From assembly GCF_006345805.1 (NCBI RefSeq), contig NW_021833443.1:1-64000 (forward strand): a stretch of DNA of 64,000 nt, in the 5' to 3' direction. The position numbers and the translations under genes are program-made. Shown piece by piece: positions 23,165 to 37,478 of this stretch. This DNA comes from Octopus sinensis. Taxonomy: Eukaryota. The notes under the pieces are model-generated. The model did not search any database and was not told the DNA's origin. It worked only from the letters and a program-made list of their open reading frames with translations. The first letter of the stretch is position 1. The number at the start of each line of letters is the position of its first letter.

Positions 23165-26100
23165 AGTGCAGGAGTGGCTGTGTGTAAAGTAGCTGGTTTA
23201 CCACCACATGGTTCTGGGTTCAGTCCCACTGCATGGCACCTTGGGCAAGTGTCTTCTACTATAGCCTCGGGCCAACCAAATCCTTGTGAGCGGACTTGGT
23301 AGATGGAAACTGAAAGAAGCCTGTCTAGCAATCGAGTGTCCATCCCTAATGAAACCAAGGAAGGTCGAAATCATGTGATCTGGTGGTCTTGGCACTGGAT
23401 ATAAAGGGAATTTATCTCCCCACTAGCGTAATATGCAAGAGTGCCTTTCGCACCAAAAGCCTACATGAGGGTTTCTCTCCTGGCATCTACCACAGTACAG
23501 ATCACAGGTACCCAAACTGTTTTGGGCTGCCCCTCCTTGAAACCCAGGCCACATTTCTAGTGCCCTCACTCCAACTAACCATCACAAATATACACCTTTT
23601 TCTGAAGCAAATTCTAAGCAAATGTATTTCACAAATAAAACTTAACCTAGCAAACCCATTATTTTTGTTATTTTTTACATGAATCACTACCCAATTATTG
23701 CCCTGCTTTTCTTCAATGCCCCCTTGAAACTTTCCACCACCCCCAAAGGGGCAATACTGCCCATTTTGGGAACCACTGGTATGGATTGTTCTAACAGAAC
23801 CACCACGTTTATGTAGGGATAAGTATAAGGCCAAGACATGTAGAGGCTCTCCCTTGTTGGTTTGTGATGTGAAGGGGTTACCAAGAGGGTTTGGATTAGT
23901 AATGTGAAATGATTAAGGAATTACTTACTTTGGATAGGCCTTTACCCTCCGATGCTGCAGACATGACCCTCAAAAAGAACAGAGCTGGCATGATATAACA
24001 GATGAGGGTCCCCATGGTGGCCCCATTAAGGCCCAGGATAAACTCCACTGAAACAACAAACAAAAAAAATGAGGATATGAAAGGGGATTGGTTAATGCAA
24101 TTTCTGTGTGTGTCTGCTTTATTTTAGGGCTATCAAGGTTACCAATAGTTTCATGCATAGAGAAATCTCTCTTGACAATTATCAAGCCTGTTACAAACTA
24201 TCACTTACCGTTGGGGACGGAAATACCTATCACCATGGAAACGACGATAATGGCCAACGTGATAAGTGTGAAGTGTAACTCGGGAATCTGGTGACTCATC
24301 TCAAATCCATCGCTGGTCTTGGGTCTCTGTTGAGGGACATACAGACAGATAGACAGGTTTAAGGTAATGGTGGTGGTGGTGGTGGTGGTGGTGGCAGAAG
24401 TCGTGATGGTGGTAGCAGTGGTGGTGGTGGTAGTGGTGACAGAAGTCGAGATATAGAAGCAGTGGTGGAATTAGTGGTTGCGATGGTAGTGGTGGTGGTG
24501 GTGGTGGCAGAAGTTGTGATATAGTAGCAGTGGTGGTGTTAGTGGTTGCGATGGTAGTGGTGGTGGTGGTGACAGAAGTCGAGATATAGAAGCAGTGGTG
24601 GAATTAGTGGTTGCGATGGTAGTGGTGGTGGTGGTGGCAGAAGTTGTGATATAGTAGCAGTGGTGGTGTTAGTGGTTGCGATGGTAGTGGTGGTGGTGGT
24701 GGCAGAAGTTGTGATATAGTAGCAGTGGTGGTGTTAGTGGTTGCGATGGTAGTGGTGGTGGTGGTGGCAGAAGTTGTGATATAGTAGCAGTGGTGGTGTT
24801 AGTGGTTGCGATGGTAGTGGTGGTGGTGGTGGCAGAAGTTGTGATATAGTAGCAGTGGTGGTGTTAGTGGTTGCGATGGTAGTGGTGGTGGTGGTGGCAG
24901 AAGTCGTGATGGTGGTAGCAGTGGTGGTGATAATGGTGGTGGTGGTGTTAGTGGTTGTGATGGTAGTGGTGGCAGAAGTCATGATATAGTAGCAGTGGTG
25001 GTGGTGGTAGTGATAATGGTGGTGGTGGTGATAATGGTGGTGGTGGTGTTAGTGGTTGCGATGGTAGTGGTGGTGGTGGCAGAAGTTGTGATATAGTAGC
25101 AGTGGTGGTGGTGGTAGCAGCGATGACTTACCTTCGGGAACAACATCGTATAAAGACTGGTACGGCAGGGAAATATGATGAGGGGGAAGGTGACAGCGAT
25201 GGAGAGTACAAAGCTCAGCTTCACCATGTCCGTGAAGAAAGTCGGGACCAGCATGTTGATTATGTCACCTGTAATCTCGATATTACAGAACGCTATGTAG
25301 CCAAAGAAGCCGACCTGCAAGAGACGAGAAGTGAGGTACATCGTTAGCTATTTGGGGTACCTGGTACCAAGATGCAGATGAACATACCCTGATGTAATGA
25401 AAAACAGCTTACAAGGTGCAAGAGGTGAGGTACATCGTTAGCTATTTGAGGTACCTGGTACCAAGATGCAGATGAACATACCATGATGTTGGTACAAGAA
25501 GTGAGGTACATATACACACAAACAGACTGGTACCTATACAGACAGTATATAAAAGAGACAGAGAAATGGACCAAGCTAAATAGAACTTACCAGAAGGTAG
25601 GCAACGGAGCAGATATTTACGGCACTGCTCACAATTTTATTGATGACATTGAAGGAAGGTTCTGGAAGTTCATCATAGAGCAGGAACAACTGGCTGGAAT
25701 AACAGATGTGAAGAGTGTGGCATGAGAGGAAGGTCTGAGAGAAAGAGAGATTTCTGTGTGTGTGTATACACACATATATATATATACATACACACACACA
25801 TATATATATACCTATTTCTTTACTACCACAAGGGGCTAAAAACAGAGAGGGCAAACAAGGACAGACAAACAGATTAAGTCGATTATATCGACCCCAGTGC
25901 GTAACTGGTACTTATTTAATTGACCCCGAAAGGATGAAAGGCAAAGTCGACCTCGGCGGAATTTGATCTTAGAACGTAACGGCAGACGAAATACCTATTT
26001 CTTTACTACCCACAAGGGGCTAAACACAGAGAAGACAAACAAGGACAAAAGGATTAAGTCGAATATATCGACCCCAGTGCGTAACTGGTACTTATTTAAT

Positions 26101-29100
26101 CGACCCCGAAAGGATGAAAGGCAAAGTCAACCTCGGCGGAATTTGATCTTAGAACGTAACGGCAAACGAAATACTGCTAAGCATTTCGCCCGGTGTGCTA
26201 ACGTTTCTGCCAGCTCGCCGCCACATATATACCTGTTCACTGACAAGATTCCATGCTGCATCTTGTCAGTGAACAGGTCGCGGTCTCAAAGCGATGAAAA
26301 TATTTCGGCAAATTAAATTTATACGTTGAAGTAAATCTAACGGTTTTTGTGTATTTCTTAAATGGCTTATAAACACCTTCCATGCTGCAATTGTTTTCTT
26401 TCCAGCACATGATCTCAGATCAATCACCTGCTATGCAAGTACATCTCCATAATATATATATATAATACACCACACACACATATATATAATGGAACTGTGA
26501 TTATGATGAGGTGTGACAGATGGGGTGGGCATTAACGATTGCCTTTTACTCACGTTTGACATCCAAAAGCCAGTGAAAAGATTGGTATACATTGGAAGAA
26601 ACCATCCCATCTCCAATACCTCACCTGTACCACCCAGTCGTTCTTCCACAGGTTTGGTAAAGACAGTAGGATCATCTATAATAATAATAATAATAATAAT
26701 AATGATAATAATAATAATAGTAATGATAACAATAATAATAATAATAACAATAATAATAATAATGATAATAATAATAATAATAATAATAACAATAATAATA
26801 ATATTGATAATAATAATGATAACAATAATAATAATAATAATAATAACAATAATAATAATAATGATAATAATAATGATAACGATAATGATAATAATAATAA
26901 TAATAACAATAATAATGATAACGATAATGATAATAATAATAATAACAATAATAATGGTTTCAAATTATGGCACAAGGCCAGCATTTATAGAGGAAAGGGC
27001 TAAGTTAATTATATCAACCCCAGTGCTCCTTTGGTATTTAATTTATCGACCCCAAAAGGATGAAAGGCAAAGCTGACCTTGGTGGCATTCGAACTCAGTA
27101 CGTAGTGACAGGTAAAATACCGCTAAGCATTTCACCTGGTGTGCTAACAATTTTGCCAGCTTGCTGTCTTAATAATACTACTACTAATAATAATAACAAC
27201 AACAACAATAATGATAATCCTTTCTACAGTAAGCACAAGGCCTCAAATTTGGGGGACGCAGGGATTAGGTTGATTACATTGACTCCCCAGTGTTTAACTG
27301 GTACTTGTTTAATCGACCCCCCGAAAGGATGAAAGGCAAAGTCGACCTCAATGGAATTTGAACTCGGAACGTAGTGACAGGTGCAATACAGCTAAGCATT
27401 TCATTCAGAGTGCTAACAATTCTGCCAGCTCACTGCTTCAATAATAATAATAATAATAATAACAGTAACAAGGGCACTCAGAGAGCACAAACCTCCACCA
27501 AGGTCACACCAATGTCCTTTCCACGATTAGCCAGAGACGCAGGAGTGGCTGTGTGGTAAGTAGCTTGCTTACCAACCACATGGTTCCGGGTTCAGTCCCA
27601 CTGCGTGGCATCTTGGGCAAGTGTCTTCTGCTATAGCCCCGGGCCGACCAAAGCCTTGTGAGTGGATTTGGTAGATGGAAACTGAAAGAAGCCCGTCGTA
27701 TATATGTATGTATATATATATATAGGCGCAGGAGTGGCTGTGTGGTAAGTAGCTTGCTAACCAACCACATGGTTCCGGGTTCAGTCCCACTGTGTGGCAT
27801 CTTGGGCAAGTGTCTTCTGCTATAGCCCTGGGCCAACCAATGCCTTGTGAGCGGATTTGGTAGACGGAAACTGAAAGAAGCCTGTCGTATATATGTATAT
27901 ATGTGTGTGCGTGTATGTTTGTGTTTGTCCCCCTAGCATTGCTTGACAACCGATGCTGGTGTGTTTACATCCCCGTCACTTAGCGGTTCGGCAAAAGAGA
28001 CCGATAGAATAAGTACTGGGCTTACAAAGAATAAGTCCCGGGGATTGAATTGCTCGACTAAAGGCGGTGCTCCAGCATGGCCGCAGTCAAAATGACTGAA
28101 ACAAATAAAAAAGAAAAAAAAGGAAAAGAAAGAAAGACGATTTTTAAAATGAGAATATCCGAAATAAACTCGATTGCTCTCACAAACAAGTATAATAGAA
28201 ATGAACCTGACTGTCTCTCAAAAATTAAGTAAAAGAAAAACCAGGAAAAATAATCCAGAATCCTTGTCTGGTACCGGATCGATCCCAAAATCTTATTTCT
28301 TTACTACCCACAAGGGGCTAAACACAGAGGGGACAAACAAGGACAGACAAAGGGATTAAGTCGATTACATCGACCCCAGTGCGTAACTGATACTTAATTT
28401 ATCTACCCCGAAAAGATGAAAGGCAAAGTCGACCTCAGTGGAATTTGAACTCAGAACATAACGGCAGATGAAATACCTATTTCTTTACTACCCACAAGGG
28501 GCTAAACAGAGGGGACAAACAAGGACAGACAAAGGGATTAAGTCGATTACATCGACCCCAGTGCGTAACTGATACTTAATTTATCTACCCCGAAAAGATG
28601 AAAGGCAAAGTCGACCTCAGTGGAATTTGAACTCAGAACATAACGGCAGATGAAATACCTATTTCTTTACTACCCACAAGGGGCTAAACAGAGGGGACAA
28701 ACAAGGACAGACAAAGGGATTAAGTCGATTACATCGACCCCAGTGCGTAACTGATACTTAATTTATCTACCCCGAAAAGATGAAAGGCAAAGTCGACCTC
28801 AGTGGAATTTGAACTCAGAACATAACGGCAGATGAAATACCTATTTCTTTACTACCCACAAGGGGCTAAACAGAGGGGACAAACAAGGACAGACAAAGGG
28901 ATTAAGTCAATTACATCGACTCCAGTGTGTAACTGGTACTTAATTTATCTACCCCGAAAAGATGAAAGGCAAAGTTGACCTCAGCGGAATTTGAACTCAG
29001 AACGTAACGGCAGACGAAATACGGCTACGCATTTCGCCCAGCGTGCTAACATTTCTGCCAGCTCACCGATTCCAAAATCTAATAAGTTCATGCCAGTCAC

Positions 29101-31900
29101 AAGGCCAAACATCCCTGGAAGTTTCATCCAAATCCATCCAGCAGTTCTTGAGATATCTTGTCCATGGACAATCAAACAAATACAACTAAAAACAATACCT
29201 CCGCCTTCGCTAAGGTGGAGGAAATAATAACAACTGCTGTTACTACTATTACTGGCAGCAGCTGTAGTAGTAGTAGTAGTGGTGGTGGTGGTAACAGTGC
29301 TGGTAGCATTAGTAGTAGTGGTAGTAGTAGTAGTAGCTCTAGTGGTGGTGGTGGTGGAGGTAGCAGTAGTACTTGTGGTAGTAGTTGTAGTAGCAGTGCT
29401 GGTGGCTTTAGTAGCAGCAGTGGTGATGGTGATAGTAGTAGTAGTTGTAGTAGTGCTGGTGGTGTTAGTAGTAGTAGTAGTAGTAGCTGTAGTGGTAGTA
29501 GTTGTAGTAGTGTTGGTGGTGTTAGTAGTAGTAGTAGTAGCGGTGGTGGTGGTGGTAGTAGTTGTAGTGGTGGTGGTGGTAGCAGTGCTGGCGGCTTTGG
29601 TAGTAGTAATAGCTGTGGTGGTGGTGGTGATAGAAGTAGTATTGGCGGTAGTGGTGGTAGTAGTAGTTGTAGTAGCAGTTCTGGTGATAGTAGCAACGCT
29701 GGTAGCATTAGTAATAGTAGTAGCAGCAGGTGTTGTTGTTGTTGTTGTTGTTGTGAATGCAGTAGAGGTGGTGGTAGTGGTGGTGGTGTGTACTTACGTA
29801 GACGACGAAGATGGTGTAGAAGCAGACGCACATGGTACTGGTGTGACTCAGCGACCGGACGTTCTTGAGGAGGCCAAGGGGCAGACCAACGAAGAGGCAG
29901 AGGCAGATGATGAGGCCGGACCTTAAGTTACTGGTGTTCTGCAAGAGAGAGAGAGTGAGGAAATACGAGTGTGAGTGGGAGAACATAGGGTAGAGCAAGT
30001 GTGAGAGAATGTGAGTGAGAGTGAATGTGAGTGAGAGAGAATGTGAGTGTGAGTGAGAGTGAATGTGAGTGAGAGAGAATGTGAGTGTGAGTGAGAGAGA
30101 ATGTGAGTGTGAGTGAGAGAATGTGAGTGAGAAGATACGAGTGTAGGGTGAGAGAATATGAGTGAGAGAGTGTGAGTGAGAAGATATGAGTGTAGGGTGA
30201 GAGATTATGAGAGTGAGTAAGAGAGTAAAAGTGTGAGTGAGAGAACATAGTATAGAGCAAGTGTGAGAGAGCATGAGTGAGAGAATATGAGTGTGAGTGA
30301 GAACAATAGTGTAGAGCAAGTGTGAGAGAGCATGAGTGAAAGAATGTGAGTGAGAGAGAATGTGAGTGTGAGAGAATGTGAGTGAATGTGAGTGAGAGAG
30401 AATGTGAGTGTGAGTGAGAGAGAATATGAGTGAGATAGTGTGAGTGTGAGTGAGAGAGTAGGAGTGTGAGTGAGAGAGAGTTTGACTTGAGACTGTAGTG
30501 ACAAAGAGAAAAAAAAAAGATTAGAGGCAGAGAGAATGAGAAAGAGGGAGAGAAAGAGAGGAACTACAGCCGTGATGACAAGCCTCATCCTGGAAGACCT
30601 GTAGAGCTCAATGGGTGGAGGCGCAATGGCCTAGTGGCTAGGGCAGCGGACTCGCGGTCGTAGGATCGCAGTTTCGATTCCCAGACCGGGCGTTGTGAGT
30701 GTTTATTGAGCGAAAACACCTAAAGTTCCACAAGGCTCCCGCAGGGGATGGTGGTGATCCATGCTGTACTCTTTCACCACAACTTTCTCTCACTCTTACT
30801 TCCTGTTTCTGTTGTACCTGTATTTCAAGGGGCCGGCCTTGTCACTCTCTGTGTCACGCTGAATATCCCCGAGAACTACGTTTAGGGTACACGTGTCTGT
30901 GGAGTGCTCAGCCACTTATACGTTAATTTCACGAGCAGGCTGTTCCGTTGATTCGGATCAACTGGAACCCTCGTTGTCGTAACCGACAGAGTGCTTCCGA
31001 GAGCTCAATGGGGATGTCCTGCAAACCCTGGTGGAACAAAATCCTATTGTAACTGTTAAGGAACTAGCAGAGAACCTAGGATTTGGTCATTCAACCATTC
31101 ATCAACACCTACGCTAGGAGGAAAACGACCACCTTTGGTTTCAAGACAAAAGGCGTTCTTCCATCAGGATAATGCTCAATCACATACAGTGATGACATTC
31201 GAAAAGCTGGAGCAGTTTGAATGGGGACCGATGCCCCACCCACCGTTTTCGTTAGACATTACCCCCATCTGATTGTCATTTATTCTGCAGTCTTCAAAAT
31301 CATTTGGACACAAGAAATATGAATTCTGTAGATGAGATCAGAACAGCACTGGAGGAAAGTTTTTCATCACAGATACATGAATTTTGGAAGAGGAGTCTTG
31401 TAAGTCAACCAGATAAGATGGACGAGCATCGTAGAAAATGAAGGAGATTATATTTTAGATTTAAAAAAGAAGCTTGTTTATCTTAAGTTTGAAGAATAAA
31501 AGAAATATAAAACAAATGCATTATGTATAGGATGACCCAATATAGACAGACAGACATATATATGTATATCAATAGATATAGACAAAGAGATAGACAGACA
31601 GACAGATAGATAGATAGACAGATAGAAAGATAGATAGGTAGATAGATAGATAGATAAGTTTCTTTATTGGCCACACAGGGCTGCACACAGATGGGACAAG
31701 TTACAAGGTAGAGCTTTTCTTTTGGGGGATGAGAAAAAACAAAAAACAAAAGAAACAAAAAAAGGGATCGTAAAAGGGAAAAAAGAACAAAAAAAATGAA
31801 AAGAAAAAAGAAAAAAAGCAAGACAGACAAATAGATAGATAGATAGATAGAAAGATAGATAGATAGATAGATAGAAAGATAGAAAGATAGATAGATAGAC

Positions 31901-31991
<91 letters not shown>

Positions 31992-32046
31992 AAGATAGAT
32001 AGATAGACAGATGGATAGATAGATAGATAGAAAGATAGATAGATAA

Positions 32047-32079
<33 letters not shown>

Positions 32080-32301
32080 AAGATAGATAGATAGACAGAT
32101 GGATAGATAATAGATAGATAGATAGAAGGATAGATAGAGAGATAGACAGATAAATAGATAGATAGATAGAAAGATAGATAGATAATAGATAGATAGAAAG
32201 ATAGATAGATAGATAGATAATAGAAAGATAGATAGATAGATAGATAGACAGATGGATAGATAGATAGACAGATAAATAGATAGATAGATAGACAGATAGA
32301 C

Positions 32302-32356
<55 letters not shown>

Positions 32357-32357
32357 C

Positions 32358-32399
<42 letters not shown>

Positions 32400-35300
32400 G
32401 CAGATAGATAGATAAATAAATAGACAAATGGACAGAACAAAGTTATTTAAGTGTTTGGAATTGAAGGACTTACCTCAAGTCCGGTGAATTTGGATATGAT
32501 GGACGGCCCAAGATCACCAATGACCACAATCTGAGCTATCATGGTACCAAGCTGCAGACCGATCAGCCTGTGGGGAGGAAGGGGAAAAGAAGAGAAAGAA
32601 GAAGAAGAATGAATGAATGAAGACTTTACAGTGCCCCAGCCTGGCCACGGCCTAAGTAACTGAAGCAAGCAAAAGATGTCAGAAGTTAAAGATGTCAAAT
32701 ACTATGCCATGCTATGATCACTGTGGGCGCAGACAAAATCGCTACCGTCACCGAGATCATCACAATCACCATCACCACCTCTAACACCACTACCACCACC
32801 ACACACTAATGCCACCTCTGCCGCCACCACCACCATCATCATCACAACTATCACAAAAACCACCATCCTTGTCACAATCACCCCACCCCACCACGCCACC
32901 ATCGTCACTGCCAACATCGCCACCGTTATAGCTACCACACCGCAATCACCACCACCACTACCATCACCATCACCACCACCACCACCACCAGCATCACCAC
33001 CACCACCAGCATCACCACTTCCACCACCACCACCACTATCACCACTTCCACCACCACCACCACTATTGCCCCCCACCACTGCGGCCACACTCATCACCAC
33101 CATCACCACCTTCATCACCATACTACCATCCCCACCACCATCACCACTATCACCACCACCATCATCACAACTATCACAACAACCACAATCATTGTCACAA
33201 TCACCCCACCACACCACACCACCATCGTCACTGCCAACATCACCACCGTCATAGCTACCACACCGCAATCACCACCACCACCAACAGTATCACTACCACT
33301 ACCATCTCAGTGGTGGTGGTGGTGGTGGTGGTTGATGGCAGCAGTAGTGGTGTAAGCTCTTCCATTGTTGTGTGTGTGTGTATGTTGCATGTGGGTTGGC
33401 TATGTCTAGCCCCTTAGCATTTAAACTGACCGTATCCAACCCAAATATATTTTGCGTTCAAACCAGCCGCCAGATCTGGCTTCTCACACCTACCCTGCAA
33501 TGTCATTCTAAAAAGAATCCATCACATCGGGAAAACCTCAAAGCTATGAGATAATCCATGATTAATAAAAAAGACTTTGTGAATAAATAAGGATTACATT
33601 TGACAGAGAAATTCAAATACTAAAAGATTAAATCTTTAGTATTTAAACTGGTCAGATCCAGCCTCTTGCACCTACCCTACAATGTAATTCTAGAAATAAT
33701 TATGCCTTTCCTCCCTTGGACACACAAAGACCTGTTGAGGCAAGCGAAGTCGATATAGAACCTCATCCGACAACAGGCACCTATGCCTACCCCGCTTTGC
33801 TTGCGAAGACCTGTTGGGGCAAGTGAAATTGAAATCGGAATCGAAATTGAACCAATCCTATGACTGGCACCTGGCAGATGCCAAGACCCCTGGACTGGAG
33901 ACACGTAAAAAGCACTATCCGAATCGTGGCCGATGCCAGCGCCGCCTCGACTGGCTTCCGTGTCGGTGGCACGTAAATAGCACCATCCAAATCATGGCCG
34001 AACCCAGTGCCGCCTCGACTGGCTTCCGTGTCGGTGGCACGTAAATAGCACCATCCAAATTGTGGCCGAACCCAGTGCCGCCTCGACTGGCTTCCGTGTC
34101 GGTGGCACGTAAAAAGCACCATCCAAATTGTGGCCGAACCCAGTGCCGCCTCGACTGGCTTCCGTGTCGGTGGCACGTAAATAGCACCATCCAAATTGTG
34201 GCCGAACCCAGTGCCGCCTCGACTGGCTTCCGTGTCGGTGGCACGTAAATAGCACCATCCAATTGTGGCCGAACCCAGTGCCGCCTCGACTGGCTTCCGT
34301 GTCGGTGGCACGTAAATAGCACCATCCAAATCATGGCCGAACCAGTGCCGCCTCGACTGGCTTCCGTGTCGGTGGCACGTAAATAGCACCATCCAAATTG
34401 TGGCCGAACCCAGTGCCGCCTCGACTGTTCCGTGTCGGTGGCACGTAAAAAGCACCATCCAAATTGTGGCCGAACCCAGTGCCGCCTCGACTGGCTTCCG
34501 TGTCGGTGGCACGTAAAAAGCACCATCCAAATCGTGGCCGAACCCAGTGCCGCCTCGACTGGCTTCCGTGCAGGTGGGACGTAAAATGCACCAATGCGTC
34601 CGTGGCCGTTGCCAGCCTCGCCTGGCTCCAGTGCAGGTGGCACGTAAAAAGCACCCACTACACTCACGGAGTGGTTGGCGTTAGGAAGGGCATCCAGCTG
34701 TAGAAACACTGCCAGATAAGACCGGAGCCTGGTGCAGCCTTCTGGCTTCCCAGATCCCCGGTCGAACCGTCCAACCCATGCTAGCATGGAGAACGGACGT
34801 TAAACTATGATGATGATGATGAATTAAACATTAACAAAATCTCAAAGTTATGAGATAATCCATGATTACTTCAAAACAACGTGAATAAATAAAGGAGTAC
34901 ATTTGAAGGCACATGGCTTAGTGGTTAGGGGCATTTGACTCATGATCGTAAGCGTTGTGTCCTTGAGCAAGACACTTTATTTCACATTGCTCCAGTCTCC
35001 ACTCAGCTGGCAAAAATGAGTTGTACCTGTATTTCAGAGGACCAGCCTTGTCACACTCTGTGTCACGCTGAATCTCCCTGAGAACTACGTTAAGGGTACA
35101 CGTGTCTGTGGAGTACTCAGCCACTTGCACATTAATTTCACGAGCAAGCTGTTCTGTTGATCGTATCAGCTGGGACCCTCGTCGTCGCAACCGACGGAGT
35201 GCTCCCTACATTTGTTGGATAATCTGAATGCTAAAGGGTTTTGGTTCTCACCCAAGGTTCATATGACCCTTAGGGGTTCATATAAGATTTTGCTGTTAAA

Positions 35301-36730
35301 ATTTATGTACAGTAAAATGGTTATGCTTTTACAAAAGATTTCAAATTTTTTATACAAGGGACCAGGAGACGTGGAAACCTGCTGTACTTAATAAGATGCA
35401 TCAAGCTAAGTGAAATTGAATCTTCCACACACACAAGCTTGTTCTTCCAGGTGCTGATGCCACCTAAAAGGCACCGCAACACCAGTATTAGGTGCTTTTT
35501 AAGTGGTACTAGTACTGTGCGGTACTGCTGGTACTGTGAATAAAAAAGCTATATTTTCATCATCATCACCATCATCGTTTAATGTCCATTTTCCATGCTT
35601 GCATGGGTTGGACGGTTCAACTGCGGTCTGGAAAGCCAGGAGGCTGCACCAGACTCCAATCTGATCTGGCAGAGTTTCTACAGCTGGATGCCCTTCCTAA
35701 CGCCAACCACTCCGTGAGTGTAGTGGGTGTTTTTCACATGCCACCGGCACAGGTGCCAGGGGAGTCTGGCAGTGGCCACAATCGGTTGGTGCTTTTAACG
35801 TGCCACCGGAATGGAAGCCAGTCGAGGCGGTGCTGGCATTGGCCACGTTCGGATGGTGCTTTTTATGTGCCACTGGCACAGGTATCACAACTACTATTTC
35901 TGTTGATATTTATTTCGATGTTCATGTACTTGACTCAACAGGTCTCCTCAAGCACAGCGGGACGTTCTGGTATCCAAGGTACTTTGAATGGGCAGGGGCT
36001 ATGCGGGACTGGTGCAGGAAGCAGCCCGGGTCTTTGCAGTCACAGCATATCTCCAGAGATCTCGGTCCTTCGTCATTGCCTCAGTGAGGCCCAACGCTTG
36101 ACTACCTCATCCCATGTCTTCCTGGGTCTACCTCTCCCATATATCATCATCATCGTTTAACGTCCGTTTTCCATGCTAGCATGAGTTGGACAGTTCGACC
36201 GGGGTCTGGGAAGCCAGGAGGCTGCACCAGGCTCCAGTCTGATCTGGCAGTGTTTCTACAGCTGGATGCCCTTCCTAACGCCAGCCAATTCGTGAGTGTA
36301 GTGGGTGCTTTTTACGTGCCACCTGCACAGGTGCCAGTCAAGGCGGCACTGGCATCGACCACGATAGGATGGTGCTTTTTACGTGCCACCGTCACGGGAG
36401 CCAGTCAAGACAGTGCTGGCATCAGCCACATTCAGATGGTGCTTTCTATTTGCCACCAGCACAGAAGCCAGTCAGGGCAAGGGGGCTGGCATCGACCATG
36501 TTCAGATGGTGCTTTTTACGTGCCACCAGCGCATAAACAGAATAATTTGAACATATATAGGCGCAGGAGTGGCTGTGCAGTAAGTAGCTTGCTAACCAAC
36601 CACATGGTTCCGGGTTCAGTCCCACTGCGTGGCATCTTGGGCAAGTGTCTTCTACTATAGCCTCAGGCCAAACAATGTCTTGTGAGTGGATTTGGTAGAC
36701 GGAAACTGAAAGAAGCCTGTCGTATATATG

Positions 36731-36763
<33 letters not shown>

Positions 36764-37429
36764 ATTTGTGTGTGTGTGTTGTCCCCCTAGCATTGCTTGA
36801 CAACCGATGCTGGTGTGTTTATGTCCCCGTCACTTGGCGGTTCGGCAAAAGAGACCGATAGAATAAGTACTGGGCTTACAAAGAATAAGTCCTGCGGGTG
36901 TCGATTTGCTCGACTAAAGGCGGTGCTCCAGCATGGCCACAGTCAAATGACTGAAACAAGTAAATGAAAAAATTGAAATGACAAATTTAAGGGTTAAACA
37001 TCTAATGGCTATCAAGGTTCACCAGAGTAAAATTAGGAATCAAAGGGATCGAGAAACAAAAAAAACAAACAAATGGTTGAGAACCACTGGGATTAAGGAT
37101 TGAATCTACCCCCAGTAAAGGGACAGAGGAAAGAAGTTTGAAAGGCGGATACTTACAGAAACTCAACCACAAACTTGCCACCGCCTCCCAGGATGTGGTA
37201 AGCTGGAATGAATTGGGAAAAGAAGCGAAATAAAAACATTTGGAGAAATTCTGGTGTGATGATGGTGAGGGGTGGTGTTATGTTCCGTGGGGTGGGGTGG
37301 ACGGGTGTTGCATTGAGTTGGTTGAAAAGTCCGATTTTTTGAAAGTAAAATTACAAGATTTTAAACTCCAAGCGCAATTTGTAAGAACAAGTAGAAAGAT
37401 ATATTTTTTCAACACATATACACTGTTCA

Positions 37430-37478
<49 letters not shown>

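Noticed and set aside
26230-26450. Dispersed repeat (second copy about 48255-48470) with a short hairpin and vaguely hammerhead-like bases
   Set aside because: The CUGANGA and GAAA cores are both missing; it is recorded only as an unclassified repeat.
30616-30690. tRNA-like sequences with A and B boxes (also the family A and B heads)
   Set aside because: They are SINE heads: each continues into a SINE body, some have TSDs, and I could not fold a complete cloverleaf.
29158-34787. Many long ORFs (poly-S/G/V/L, LSIY repeats, minisatellite ORFs); likewise 26513-27076, 50022-50661 and 53134-53634
   Set aside because: They are artefacts of stop-free simple repeats. Only the embedded SLC38A10 exons 4-6 are coding.
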